A stretch of DNA of 64,000 bases from Mucilaginibacter sp. Lineage in GTDB: Bacteria; Bacteroidota; Bacteroidia; Sphingobacteriales; Sphingobacteriaceae. Below are positions 25,878 to 36,004 of this stretch, in pieces. The stretch is taken from contig DASZYQ010000022.1 of assembly GCA_035545315.1 (NCBI GenBank), positions 11,913-75,912 on the forward strand. Reading direction: 5' to 3'. The notes below the pieces were generated by a model, which was not told where the DNA came from, made no database searches, and saw nothing but the letters and a program-made list of their open reading frames with translations. How positions within the stretch are numbered: position 1 is the first letter of the stretch; the number at the start of each line of letters is the position of its first letter. The position numbers and the translations under genes are program-made.

Positions 25878-27183
25878 TAGACCGCTGATCAATATTTTTT
25901 GGTTCAGGCGCGACCTGCGGCTGAACGACAACGCCGGGTTGTACCATGCACTGAAAGGCCCCAACCCGGTGCTATGCCTGTTCATTTTCGACCGCAATAT
26001 ATCGGATAGATTAGAAGACCGGGACGATGCGCGGGTAACGTTTATTCATCAAACCATTGAGGAACTGAACAATAGCCTGCGCGGCCAGGGCTCCGGCTTG
26101 CTGGTAAAATATGAAACGGCCGGACATGCGTGGGAAGAAGTTCTGAAAGACTATAGTATAGGGACCGTTTACACCAACCACGACTACGAGCCTTACGCAC
26201 AGGAGCGCGATGACGCGATAGCGAAAAAACTGGAAGATCGGGGCATCGGCTTAAAGACTTTTAAGGACCAGGTGATCTTTGAAAAAGACGAGGTGGTAAA
26301 AGATGACGGTAGACCATATACCGTTTACACGCCTTACCAGCGCAAATGGCACCAAAAGCTGGAGGCGTTTTACCTGGAATCTTATCCTGCTGAAAAATAC
26401 CTGCGTAATCTTTATCAACACGAGCCGCTGCCCATCCCGTCACTCCGGTCGATGGGCTTTGAAAAAAGCGAACAGCAATTTCCGGGCAAGCATTATAAGG
26501 ATATAATAAAAGATTATGCAAAGACGAGAGATTACCCGGGCACGCGGGGAACGTCGCACATTGGCCTGCACTTAAGGTTCGGTACGGTAAGTATAAGGGA
26601 ACTGGCAGGCAAGGCGAACCATTATACTGATAAAACCTGGCTGAACGAACTGATATGGCGGGAGTTTTATATGATGATCCTGTATCATTTCCCTAAAACG
26701 GCCGGCCATGCATTTAAACCGGAATACGACCGGATAAAATGGGTAAACGACGAAGCGCAATTTACGGCCTGGTGCGACGGGCGAACGGGCTACCCGCTGG
26801 TGGATGCCGGCATGCGCGAGCTTAACGCAACCGGCTACATGCATAACCGCGTGCGGATGGTCGTCGCCAGCTTTTTGACCAAGGACCTGCTGATCGACTG
26901 GCGCTGGGGCGAACGGTATTTTGCGCGTAAGCTGCTGGATTATGAAATGGCCAGCAACGTGGGCGGCTGGCAATGGGCGGCCGGATCGGGAACGGACGCG
27001 GCGCCCTATTTCCGCATATTTAACCCGGATTCGCAGTTAAAAAAGTTCGACCCGGAACTGTCCTATATTAAAAAATGGGTCCCGGAGTATGCTGATTTTG
27101 GCAAGTATCCGAAACCCATTATCGATCATGCATTCGCGCGGGAGCGTTGCCTGGAGGTGTTTAAGTCCGCCCTGCAACAATAG
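25870..27183 (+). CDS. phrB: Class I CPD deoxyribodipyrimidine photolyase
   Basis: WFRRDLRLNDN, ELIWREFY, GRTGYPLVDAGMREL, MHNRVRM, SNVGGWQW, PYFRIFNP; ATG 25870. Confidence 0.93.
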   Translation: MADRPLINIFWFRRDLRLNDNAGLYHALKGPNPVLCLFIFDRNISDRLEDRDDARVTFIHQTIEELNNSLRGQGSGLLVKYETAGHAWEEVLKDYSIGTVYTNHDYEPYAQERDDAIAKKLEDRGIGLKTFKDQVIFEKDEVVKDDGRPYTVYTPYQRKWHQKLEAFYLESYPAEKYLRNLYQHEPLPIPSLRSMGFEKSEQQFPGKHYKDIIKDYAKTRDYPGTRGTSHIGLHLRFGTVSIRELAGKANHYTDKTWLNELIWREFYMMILYHFPKTAGHAFKPEYDRIKWVNDEAQFTAWCDGRTGYPLVDAGMRELNATGYMHNRVRMVVASFLTKDLLIDWRWGERYFARKLLDYEMASNVGGWQWAAGSGTDAAPYFRIFNPDSQLKKFDPELSYIKKWVPEYADFGKYPKPIIDHAFARERCLEVFKSALQQ

Positions 27184-27191
27184 TGTACTAT

Positions 27192-28112
27192 TTAAGGAGT
27201 AACATCGGTGATAGTAAAATCAAATCTCATACATCCGAAAGCAGGAACATTATTTACTATACCTGTCTGAATAGTATTTCCGTACGCGAGGGCTGAAGGT
27301 ACAAGCATTGAAATAACGGCGCCTTTGGTAGCTTTTTGTAAACCTTCCTGTACCCCCAGGACAAAATCTGTTACAGCCCGCGACGAAGCAGTAGTAATAC
27401 CGGAGTTATCAACCTCCGCATTATTAAGCAGTCTTGCATTGTAGGTAAAAGTGACCGTCGAATTCTCGGTGATCGGATCAGTTCCCGTGCCTGCTGTAGT
27501 TATCTTGTACCATAACCCATCAGCGGTTTTCGTATATCCGGTTAACCCTTGCGAAGTCATGTAACTTTGTATCACCATGTCGTCGTACGCAGCCTGGTCG
27601 TTAATGATCTCGACCGTTACATCCAGGCACTGGTTGCCCGCTATCCTGCCGTTTGCCACTGAACTGCTGCCGCTTCCCACACCACTACGGCCATAAGCCA
27701 GGTGCGAGGGTATCAGTAACCGCGCCTTAGCGCCTTTATACTTCAGTATGTTATGAACGGCCAGCGCCAGTCCGCTGGGCACTATGTGGCCGACGTAACC
27801 AAAATAGTGGTTAATCATGGTGTCGGCAACTGTGTATTTGCCGTCGAACGTCCTGATGGTGTATACATACGATATTACGCTCGGCCAGTCCAGCGCCGGG
27901 CCGCTGCCGGCATTCATCACCTGGTAATAAATACCGGTGGTATCGCCCCCGCTGGTATCTCTCTTCATCGCGCCGGCCAGGCCGTTGGCGGCCATATAGC
28001 TTTGTATCTGCTGCTGGTCGTATTGTTTTATATCGGGCTCAACCTTGTCCCTGCGGCACGAAACCAAACCAATAGCAAAAAGTGATAAGAGGGTAATTAG
28101 CGTTTGTTTCAT
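27192..28112 (-). CDS. Two-domain FKBP-type PPIase lipoprotein
   Basis: Lipobox LVSC; two LLIPSHLAYG/MLVPSALAYG motifs. Confidence 0.85.
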   Translation of the reverse strand: MKQTLITLLSLFAIGLVSCRRDKVEPDIKQYDQQQIQSYMAANGLAGAMKRDTSGGDTTGIYYQVMNAGSGPALDWPSVISYVYTIRTFDGKYTVADTMINHYFGYVGHIVPSGLALAVHNILKYKGAKARLLIPSHLAYGRSGVGSGSSSVANGRIAGNQCLDVTVEIINDQAAYDDMVIQSYMTSQGLTGYTKTADGLWYKITTAGTGTDPITENSTVTFTYNARLLNNAEVDNSGITTASSRAVTDFVLGVQEGLQKATKGAVISMLVPSALAYGNTIQTGIVNNVPAFGCMRFDFTITDVTP

Positions 28113-28117
28113 TTATA

Positions 28118-28615
28118 TCAATTCGTTACACCGTAAAGTTGTATATCAAAATCAAGTATGGCATTGGCCGGCAGACCCAACTGTGGCTGGGGATACGGGC
28201 CGTAGGCATACCGCGAGGGTATCAGCAGCCTTACAATACCACCCGGCTGTATCTTGGGAATTCCAAGCTGCCAGCCAAGTATCACCTGCTGAAGCGTGTA
28301 TGAAGGATGAAAATTGTTCGTCGCCGTAAAAACCTGCTGCGTGGTAAGCAGCCGGCCGGTATCGCCCACAGTTATTTGCGTCGAATTGGTAAATAACTGG
28401 CTTCCCTGGCCGGGTTGCAAAACGATGTAATAAACACCGCTCGTATCCGAAACCCGTTGTGCCTTGCCTGTCAAATTATTCTGCGCTATAAAATCCTGCA
28501 CAATCTTGTCATCCTTGGCCGCCTGTATTTTGTATTGCGCCAGGTCGCTGTTTGATTTTGTACAACTAGCGATAACCGCGCACATAAACAATATCGGTAA
28601 CAGCCACTTAACCAT
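28118..28615 (-). CDS. FKBP-type PPIase lipoprotein
   Basis: Lipobox IASC; VILGWQLG, LLIPSRYAYG, LPANAILDFDIQL. Confidence 0.9.
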   Translation of the reverse strand: MVKWLLPILFMCAVIASCTKSNSDLAQYKIQAAKDDKIVQDFIAQNNLTGKAQRVSDTSGVYYIVLQPGQGSQLFTNSTQITVGDTGRLLTTQQVFTATNNFHPSYTLQQVILGWQLGIPKIQPGGIVRLLIPSRYAYGPYPQPQLGLPANAILDFDIQLYGVTN

Positions 28616-28631
28616 CTAAATTTTCAACCGG

Positions 28632-28639
28632 CAAAGTTA
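28632..28639 (-). promoter_or_regulatory. -7 promoter element for the FKBP pair
   Basis: TAACTTTG, 16 nt upstream of ATG 28615. Confidence 0.55.
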
Positions 28640-28817
28640 TTGTTTTATTCTGCAAAAACGACAGGTTAACACTTTTTAACAAATACGCATAAAACATGCC
28701 TTTGCTACACCCAATCGCAGATTTTAAACGCCTGGAAACGTGATTTATTTTGCGCGAAAAGCGCTATAAGAATCTTATCTGCTGTTACTTTACAGGTATT
28801 TGGAAGATGAAAAGGGA

Positions 28818-28890
28818 GTGTCATCCTGAGCTTGCTGAAGGGTGGAGCATACGGCCTGCCTGCCATGGTTCGACAGGCTCACCATGACAC
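28818..28890. repeat. REP-like long imperfect palindrome (GTCATCCTGAGC...GCTCACCATGAC type)
   Basis: GTGTCATCCTGAGCTTGCTGAA ... TTCGACAGGCTCACCATGACAC; arms are complementary. Confidence 0.75.
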
Positions 28891-28908
28891 CACAGACACC
28901 TGTGGTCT

Positions 28909-29355
28909 TTATTCCGGCTTATAGTTATTGGTGAGCTTATTGATCTTTTTGAGCATATCCACCAGGTACTGTTTGTCGCTGTCGCTGATGTGCCGGTTCA
29001 GGTAATTATTGAACTGCTTTACCACCCCGCGCGCCAGGTGCCGTTTCTCCTTGCCCAGGTCGGTGAGGTATATCTTCACCGAACGTTTATCGCCCTGGTT
29101 CGATTCGCGGTAGATCAGCCCGGTTTTTTCCAGTTGGTTCAGCATCCGCGAAAGGCTGGTCGACTTTAAGCCAAGCAATGCCGCGGCCTGGGAAACGGTT
29201 GTGCCTTCAGTTTCGTCGATATTGATCAATAAATAACCGATAGATTGCGTAATGCCGAAGTCGATAACTAACTGGTTATAACGGTTGGCCATGGTTTGCC
29301 AGACTATTTTTACCAAATAGTCTATTGTTTCCTGGTGTCTGATATTCTGGGCCAT
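28909..29355 (-). CDS. MarR family transcriptional regulator
   Basis: wHTH SQAAALLGLKSTSLSRMLNQLEKTGLIYR..DKRSVKIYLTDLG. Confidence 0.92.
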   Translation of the reverse strand: MAQNIRHQETIDYLVKIVWQTMANRYNQLVIDFGITQSIGYLLINIDETEGTTVSQAAALLGLKSTSLSRMLNQLEKTGLIYRESNQGDKRSVKIYLTDLGKEKRHLARGVVKQFNNYLNRHISDSDKQYLVDMLKKINKLTNNYKPE

Positions 29356-29409
29356 AAAGTCCAAACATATCGATTACGTGATTATTATGCAAATGGTTCG
29401 TGGTTATTG

Positions 29410-29502
29410 TAGTCCATAGACCATGGTCGATAGCCGACAGCGTACAAGATTCATAACTGCCCCCAATTTAGCCATGGACTATGGGCCATCGGCCATGGAC
29501 TA
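29410..29502. repeat. Heptamer-arm hairpin between ggt and marR
   Basis: Left arm TAGTCCA TAGACCA TGGTCGA TAGCCGA; right arm TGGACTA TGGGCCA TCGGCCA TGGACTA (reverse-complement family). Confidence 0.75.
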
Positions 29503-29506
29503 AAAA

Positions 29507-31198
29507 CTAATACCCCATCGCTGTATCATCCCCGCGCGGGTCGGCGCCGCTCTGGTAAGTACCGTCGGGCATCACCAGGATTGCATCCACCCGGCCGCTT
29601 GGTCCCTCGGGTGTTGTTTTATAGCCCTTTTGCGCTAATATGCTTTGGGTGGCTTCGTTCAGCGCGCCGCTTTCGACGTAGACAACATCGGGCAGCCACT
29701 GGTGATGGAAACGTTTCGAGCTTACGGCCTGCTGCATATCCTGTTTAAACTCGATCACGTCCAGAATGGTCTGAAAAACCGATGTGATGATGGTAGCGCC
29801 CCCCGGAGTACCGACAACCATGAACAGCTTTCCATCTTTTTCTACGATCGTCGGCGTCATGGACGACAGCATGCGCTTGTTTGGCTGTATGCTGTTGGCC
29901 TTACCCCCTACCAGGCCGAACATGTTGGGCACGCCCGGCTTGGAGCTAAAGTCGTCCATTTCGTTATTGAGCAGGAAGCCCGCGCCCTTAACGAATATCC
30001 GCGAACCGAAAGATCCGTTGAGCGTCGTTGTGATAGAAACAGCGTTCCCTTCCGCATCTACTATTGAATAATGCGTTGTCTGGTCACTTTCATACCCGGC
30101 AAATTTGCCGGGTTGTATGCTGGCGCTTGGCGTCGCTTTATCCCAGGTGAAAGTGCTCATGCGCGATGCGTTGTAAGCCGGGTTGAGCAAACTGTCGACG
30201 GGCACCTTATAAAAATCCGGATCACCCAGGTACTTTGACCTATCGGCGTACACCCTGCGCTCCGCCTCAACCATCAGTTGTACTGTCGAATCGCGGTTGT
30301 AACCCCAGCGGCTCAGCGGGTATTTTTCAACCATTTGCAGCAGTTGCAGTAAGGCTATACCCCCGCTTGACGGCGGCGGCATGGTTATCATTTTATATCC
30401 CTTGTAGCTGCCGGTAAGCGCCTTACGCCATACGGCATGGTAGTTTTCCAGGTCCTGCTTTGAGATGAGACCTTTGCCGCTCTGCATTTCGGCCACTATT
30501 TCATCGGCCACTTTGCCGCCATAAAACCCCTCACGGCCCTTGTCACGTATTTGCTCCAGCGTTTTGGCCAGATCTTCCTGCACCAGCAGGTCGCCTTCCT
30601 TCCATGGGCTATCCTTTAATAAATAATTCTCGCCCGGGTTGCGCATTTTGAAATCTTTGGCTCCCGAGTTAAGATCATTGGCCAGTCTTTTGGTAATCCG
30701 AAAGCCATTCCGCGCCAGGTCGATGGCAGGCTGCACAAGTTGTTCCCATTTCAGCCGGCCGTACTTGCGATGCGCCTGGACCATACCGTCAACCGAACCC
30801 GGCACGCCCGATGCCTGGCGGGTCGATAAACTCATTCCCGGTATCACGTTACCGGCCGAATCGAGGTACATATTCCGGCTTGCCAGGGCGGGCGCTTTTT
30901 CACGAAAATCAAGCGTGTTCGTTATACCTCTTGCCGAACGGTAAACCATAAACCCGCCGCCGCCGATATTGCCCGCCTCGGGATGGGTTACTTCCAATGC
31001 AAATTGAACCGCCACCGCCGCATCGGCGGCGTTACCGCCCTTCTTCAATATATCCAGGCCCACCTTTGAGGCAGCAGGGTAAGCACAAACCACCATACCC
31101 TTCCGGTAGCCTTGGGCATGTGCGAGGGTTGTGTAAGTGAAAAAGCAAATGCATAAAAACAAGGCCGGTACAGCCCTGCGGCTAAAAAGATATCCCAT
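29507..31198 (-). CDS. ggt: Gamma-glutamyltransferase
   Basis: GGNAADAAVA, AGNIGGGGF, DFREKAP, catalytic TTHYS, NNEMDDF, RMLSSMTP, GADPRGD. Confidence 0.96.
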   Translation of the reverse strand: MGYLFSRRAVPALFLCICFFTYTTLAHAQGYRKGMVVCAYPAASKVGLDILKKGGNAADAAVAVQFALEVTHPEAGNIGGGGFMVYRSARGITNTLDFREKAPALASRNMYLDSAGNVIPGMSLSTRQASGVPGSVDGMVQAHRKYGRLKWEQLVQPAIDLARNGFRITKRLANDLNSGAKDFKMRNPGENYLLKDSPWKEGDLLVQEDLAKTLEQIRDKGREGFYGGKVADEIVAEMQSGKGLISKQDLENYHAVWRKALTGSYKGYKMITMPPPSSGGIALLQLLQMVEKYPLSRWGYNRDSTVQLMVEAERRVYADRSKYLGDPDFYKVPVDSLLNPAYNASRMSTFTWDKATPSASIQPGKFAGYESDQTTHYSIVDAEGNAVSITTTLNGSFGSRIFVKGAGFLLNNEMDDFSSKPGVPNMFGLVGGKANSIQPNKRMLSSMTPTIVEKDGKLFMVVGTPGGATIITSVFQTILDVIEFKQDMQQAVSSKRFHHQWLPDVVYVESGALNEATQSILAQKGYKTTPEGPSGRVDAILVMPDGTYQSGADPRGDDTAMGY

Positions 31199-31415
31199 AA
31201 AAAGGTTTGCTAACTGATCGCACAAATTAAATATTTTTCACTTAAATGCAACCTTTAGCACCGGGCGATCGTCTGTTAAAAACATAAATATCATTTTACG
31301 CGTTATGCATATTATAATAATTTTTACGCTTGTTTATCAATAATTTACATATTATAATTACGACTATTAGCCAATAAATCTCAGAAACTACCGTTATTTG
31401 CAATAAACTATTATT

Positions 31416-31922
31416 ATGAAAAAAGCTATCTTCTACCTTCTTATTGTAAGCACATTTTTACTGATCGATACCCGTTCAAAAGCGCAGGAATACAAGCCCA
31501 ACTACCAGTATGCCGTCGGGTTGAAATTCGGGGGTTATGAAAACGGATTGTCGGGCAAATATTTCATGACCGATAATACATCCCTTGAGGCCGAACTCGG
31601 CTTTCGTTCACATGGCCTGGTTGTAACCGGGTTATATGAGTTTAACCAACAAGCGTTTGGCGTGGAAGGGTTCCGCTTTTTTTACGGCTTTGGCGCGCAC
31701 GTCGGCGGTGTCGGCCCGGGTTATTACCGCAGGTTCAACGGCGACTCCGAATTATATGTAAACAACCAGATATTGCTCGGCGCCGACGGCGTTTTGGGCT
31801 TGGAATATGTGATACCCAAATCACCCATTGCTGTTAGTTTCGATCTTGACCCGCGCATCGAACTGGCGACGGGACCATTTTTTGATATAGCGCCCGGCTT
31901 AGGGATAAAATATTGCTTTTAA
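31416..31922 (+). CDS. Small outer-membrane beta-barrel hypothetical protein
   Basis: Signal peptide ending SKA-Q; amphipathic strands; C-terminal GIKYCF. Confidence 0.75.
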   Translation: MKKAIFYLLIVSTFLLIDTRSKAQEYKPNYQYAVGLKFGGYENGLSGKYFMTDNTSLEAELGFRSHGLVVTGLYEFNQQAFGVEGFRFFYGFGAHVGGVGPGYYRRFNGDSELYVNNQILLGADGVLGLEYVIPKSPIAVSFDLDPRIELATGPFFDIAPGLGIKYCF

Positions 31923-31924
31923 TT

Positions 31925-32009
31925 GAATAGGTTGATTGAGTTGGATTAAGTTGATTAGGTTAGCCAACTATTCAACTTAATCAACTACTCAACTCAATCA
32001 ACTTAATCA
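31925..32009. repeat. Imperfect palindrome of 8-10 bp units between convergent genes
   Basis: AGTTGATT-like units on the left; AATCAACT-like units on the right. Confidence 0.7.
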
Positions 32010-32010
32010 T

Positions 32011-35000
32011 CTACCTTCCAATGATCACCTTCTTTGTATAGACTTTGCTGTTCAGTAATAATTTCAGCACGTAGGTTCCGGGCGGAAGGCTGCTTGTATC
32101 GATTGTCGTGCTGAAATTTCCCTGCGATAAGGACTGTGTAACAGAGTAGCTGTTCTCACCCTTCGCGTTGATCATCGACAGTACCATATCTTCAGCCTGT
32201 TTTGCCGCGAAAACAATGTTGAGCTGGCCATTTGCCGGCACGGGGAATACCGCCAGGCCGATATCGTTATTTGAGCCGGTGTTGGGGGATACATAAACGA
32301 AATTATCCGATTGCGCCACGCAGCCGTTATCAAGCGTAACAAAAACCTTGTAATTACCGCTTTGCATGGGCGAATAAGATTGTCCGGATGCATCGTTAAT
32401 TTGCTTGCCATCCAGGTACCATTGATTGTTCGATGAAAAATTCGAGTTCAAAACAGTACCGTTTTGAGTTATAGACGGTGTTATCACCTGTACCGCCTGT
32501 TTTTCTGCCGATGCGCAGCCGGGGCTGCGTAGTTTCATGTCGTAGAAAAAGTAATAGAAGTTCTTATAATAAGCCGTGTCCGTTGCGGATGTAGCCGTAT
32601 TGCCGGTAATGCTGAACACATCGCCTATTTTGAAAGGATAGCCTGTTACGCCTCCGTTGCTGCGGTAAATAGTGGCATTGGCATCGTACGTGGCGGTGAT
32701 AGAATAACTTCCGGCCGCGGGCAGCAATAAGTTGAGATTGTACACCTGGCCCTGGTCGGTCGGATCGTTGGTTTGAACGCCGGGTTGCGGATTGCTGCGC
32801 GTTGCCACCGCATCGATAGTCGCCGATGAAACGACCTGCCCGTTCGGGTCGGCTACGCTGAAAGTGATCTGCCCCGGGTAGCCGATATATAAGCGGGCGC
32901 TTTCAATAATAACAGGAATGCGGGTAAATACGTTTACCGATGGCGTAAACTGGTTATACCCGCCTGCTGGAAAAGCGTTTTTCGACACCGGGCCGACCGA
33001 CCCGCTGAAGTCATTCAGGCCGGCATAATACGTGTTGTTAACAGGCGCCTGCGTTGTTACCGCGGGCGAACCATAGGCGAACGGAATAGTATCCGCAGCG
33101 TTATGATACCACAATACCTCGCCGTCACCCGTACCTTCCAGTAACCAGGAATTGCTGCTGTTGCAGTAATTTGCGGTAAGCGCGCCGGCAACGGTCGGGG
33201 CCGGGGTGGTAACCGTGTCCGTTATGGAATTATTTGCGGTTACGGGGTCGTTCGCAAGATTGGTTGCGGCTTTAATAATATAAACTGAACCTGGGCTGAT
33301 GTTAAAAGTATTGGTAAAAGTAAAATTATCGGTTGCCGCCGGTGCGAGCGTTCCGGTGTAGGTTTGGTTAAATGTAGTTACTATGTTATTCGGGGCTGTT
33401 ATAGCTACAACCACGGGAATATTGGTCAAGGCCGTACTTCCGTAATTTTTCAGGGTTACCGTTACCGGCACCGCACCGGAACATTGACCGTTTGAGGTCG
33501 GGCTTACCACGGCGACAGCCCCCGCATCCACACTCGCCTGTACGAATTGCACACGGTAATCCTGCGTCTCCCCTTTGGAATAACTGCCGCAGGGTTTAAT
33601 GGTCGAGGTATCGCTGGTTTCGGCGAGCACAACGCGCATCAGGCTATAGTTCCCCGCGATTACCGAGCCGGGAACAGTAATGTTAGTTGTATAGGTGCCG
33701 GTTCCGTTAATCACACCGGTCGTCGCCACAAGTTCCGCCGGTTCAAATACGCCGTCTCCGTTCCAATCGATAAACACCTTCGCCGCCTTATTGAAATTAG
33801 CGCCGCAGGTACCCAATGTTAAACTCAGCGGGTATGTTTTGTACTGCTCAAGCTGTACCGTCAGGTTGGTATAATCGGAATAAGTTGTACAGCCTGCGGG
33901 AGGCGTATTGCTGATATTCGACAGGGTGACATTATTGATCCTCGAATCTGCGCCCGATAGCGGGGCCGACGCGCAAAAAGCCGAACCCCCAATTCCCGTT
34001 ACGACAATCGAATAGGCCTGCGTGCCTGACTGGAGTGTGCCTTTGTGCGACACGGTAATGGTATAGGCCCTGCCCGGCACAGCGCCGGCGACATAAACCT
34101 GTTCGACATTATCGCGGATATTATCGCCGGTGGTTGCCGGCGCCGCCGGATTGTTATAGTCCAGCACCCAGGGAAAATAGGTGTTTGCGCCATCGCTGAT
34201 ACGAATATCCAGGTCGTTTACCAATTTCGGCGTACGGCTGTTGACCGTGCCGTCGGGCGTCTGCGATCCCGGTGGATCGGTCCATGATATGGTCGCCATC
34301 AGCGGGCCGTTGCCCGACGCTACCACGTTAATGGTTTGCGTTTGCCCCTGCGACAGTGTATTTTCCTTCACCATGCTTTTGGTACCGTTATCCGTTAGCA
34401 CCTGGGCGGCCTTTTTTGTATCCAAAAGTCCCCATCCGTAGATATAATCGGGCCCGGGGTTCCCCGCATCAAAAGCGGTATGACAGGCCAGCCCCTTCAG
34501 CGTAGCGGCGCGCATAAAACTGCCCGCATTTTTTTTCGCATAATATTCCTGCAAAAGATAAAGCGAGCCCGTAATGTTAGGTGTTGCCTGTGACGTGCCC
34601 GAAAAGGTAATATAGTTTGCAGGCCCGGCGCTGCCGGTCGACAGCACATTAAGACCATTGCCCACCACGTCGGGTTTGATACGCCCGTCATCGGTGGGGC
34701 CTTCACTGCTAAAATAGGTTATGCTGATGCCGGAAGAACTGACCGGGCCGTTGGGCAACGGGTTTACAGCGCCCACCGTCAGGATATTTTTAGCGTTGCC
34801 GGTACTGCTAATACAATCGTAGCTATTATTGCTGCTGATGCCGGCCGGCCGCGGGCCTTTGTCGACAATAGTCGGGTCTGTTGCGCTTTTGTATCCGTAA
34901 TAATCTTGCCCAACAGGCGGGCCGGTGTCAGCCCGCGCATTACCGGCAGCCTCCAGGATAAGATAATATGGGGCGCTATAGGCTATCTGGTCCCATTGCT

Positions 35001-35745
35001 GTGTGCGCTGGCCGTAAAAGCCGAAGGTATAGTCAACCGTGTCGCCAGGCAGCCCGTACCACTCCCAGCGGCTTTGCCCATCATTATAGTTCCAGCCTGC
35101 CTGGTCGCCGTAGGAGTGATTGGACAGAAGCAGATTTGGCGCTTCGCCGCTCATTTCAGCTACGTCGTTGTTAAAGTCATACGACAAAAGCGTCGACGCG
35201 TTGAAGGCCATACCTTTTGCCGGCGGATAGACACCTTTGGCCAGCATAGTGCCGCTAACGTGCGTGGCATGATCGATGATGGTGGAAGAATCCTTCCAGG
35301 TAATGGTTTTGCCCGCAAACTCCTGGTGCTGTTTGTAAACGGACCCGCCGTCCCATATTGCCAATTTGTTGTTCAAAAACGAGCTTGAACCCGACAGGTT
35401 CAAACCAAGCGCACCGCCGGGCTGAACCGCGTTGGTGCTGGTAGTAGCGGCCGAAATAACGTTATCGTCGGTAGCGAGAAATACCGGGAAACCGCGTTGG
35501 TTTACTCCCTGCAAAACCACGATACCGCCTTTTTTGGTTTTCCTGCTAATCATCCAGTTATGGATCCGGGCCAGGTTAAGCGCCCTTTGATGAGCAGCGG
35601 TATAGGACGCGGCGGCTTTTGCCGAAAGATCGTTAAGTTTTCGCCTGTTAGTATCGGTAACCAGTTTTTTCTGCTGGCCGAAAGCCCGGCCGCAGATGGC
35701 CGACAGGGATAACAATATGACCAGCGATGGTAAATATTTCCTCAT
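32011..35745 (-). CDS. S8 subtilisin-like serine peptidase with GEVED and Ig-like domains and a T9SS C-terminal sorting domain
   Basis: Triad IWDGG / DHATHVSGT / SGTSQATP; GPTDDGRIKPD; KGETQDY (GEVED-like); C-terminal AVFPVPA...YTKKVII. Confidence 0.92.
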   Translation of the reverse strand: MRKYLPSLVILLSLSAICGRAFGQQKKLVTDTNRRKLNDLSAKAAASYTAAHQRALNLARIHNWMISRKTKKGGIVVLQGVNQRGFPVFLATDDNVISAATTSTNAVQPGGALGLNLSGSSSFLNNKLAIWDGGSVYKQHQEFAGKTITWKDSSTIIDHATHVSGTMLAKGVYPPAKGMAFNASTLLSYDFNNDVAEMSGEAPNLLLSNHSYGDQAGWNYNDGQSRWEWYGLPGDTVDYTFGFYGQRTQQWDQIAYSAPYYLILEAAGNARADTGPPVGQDYYGYKSATDPTIVDKGPRPAGISSNNSYDCISSTGNAKNILTVGAVNPLPNGPVSSSGISITYFSSEGPTDDGRIKPDVVGNGLNVLSTGSAGPANYITFSGTSQATPNITGSLYLLQEYYAKKNAGSFMRAATLKGLACHTAFDAGNPGPDYIYGWGLLDTKKAAQVLTDNGTKSMVKENTLSQGQTQTINVVASGNGPLMATISWTDPPGSQTPDGTVNSRTPKLVNDLDIRISDGANTYFPWVLDYNNPAAPATTGDNIRDNVEQVYVAGAVPGRAYTITVSHKGTLQSGTQAYSIVVTGIGGSAFCASAPLSGADSRINNVTLSNISNTPPAGCTTYSDYTNLTVQLEQYKTYPLSLTLGTCGANFNKAAKVFIDWNGDGVFEPAELVATTGVINGTGTYTTNITVPGSVIAGNYSLMRVVLAETSDTSTIKPCGSYSKGETQDYRVQFVQASVDAGAVAVVSPTSNGQCSGAVPVTVTLKNYGSTALTNIPVVVAITAPNNIVTTFNQTYTGTLAPAATDNFTFTNTFNISPGSVYIIKAATNLANDPVTANNSITDTVTTPAPTVAGALTANYCNSSNSWLLEGTGDGEVLWYHNAADTIPFAYGSPAVTTQAPVNNTYYAGLNDFSGSVGPVSKNAFPAGGYNQFTPSVNVFTRIPVIIESARLYIGYPGQITFSVADPNGQVVSSATIDAVATRSNPQPGVQTNDPTDQGQVYNLNLLLPAAGSYSITATYDANATIYRSNGGVTGYPFKIGDVFSITGNTATSATDTAYYKNFYYFFYDMKLRSPGCASAEKQAVQVITPSITQNGTVLNSNFSSNNQWYLDGKQINDASGQSYSPMQSGNYKVFVTLDNGCVAQSDNFVYVSPNTGSNNDIGLAVFPVPANGQLNIVFAAKQAEDMVLSMINAKGENSYSVTQSLSQGNFSTTIDTSSLPPGTYVLKLLLNSKVYTKKVIIGR

Positions 35746-35968
35746 TTAAGCTGCCGGATAAAACAAATTGTAACCCTTCTTCGTAAAATACGTTTGCTTG
35801 TACTCATTTTCCATAGATAATGTTTCTATTTCCGTTTGCCGGAATAGTTTTTGCACGACAAGATAAGGAACGCGGGCTAAAGTATTAAATAAAAGAGTCC
35901 GGCCGGAATAGCTAATTAATCAGTAATGCGAGGAAAAAACTTTGTATTAATATTACGGCAGGAATAAT

Positions 35969-35976
35969 TAAATTTG
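35969..35976 (+). promoter_or_regulatory. -7 promoter element for the small peptide gene
   Basis: TAAATTTG, 28 nt upstream of ATG 36005. Confidence 0.55.
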
Positions 35977-36004
35977 TAACATTGATTACTCAATACTCTG
36001 AAAA

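Noticed and set aside
35898-35907. Perfect palindrome TCCGGCCGGA between the divergent S8 and peptide genes
   Set aside because: Only 10 bp, single occurrence, no flanking support
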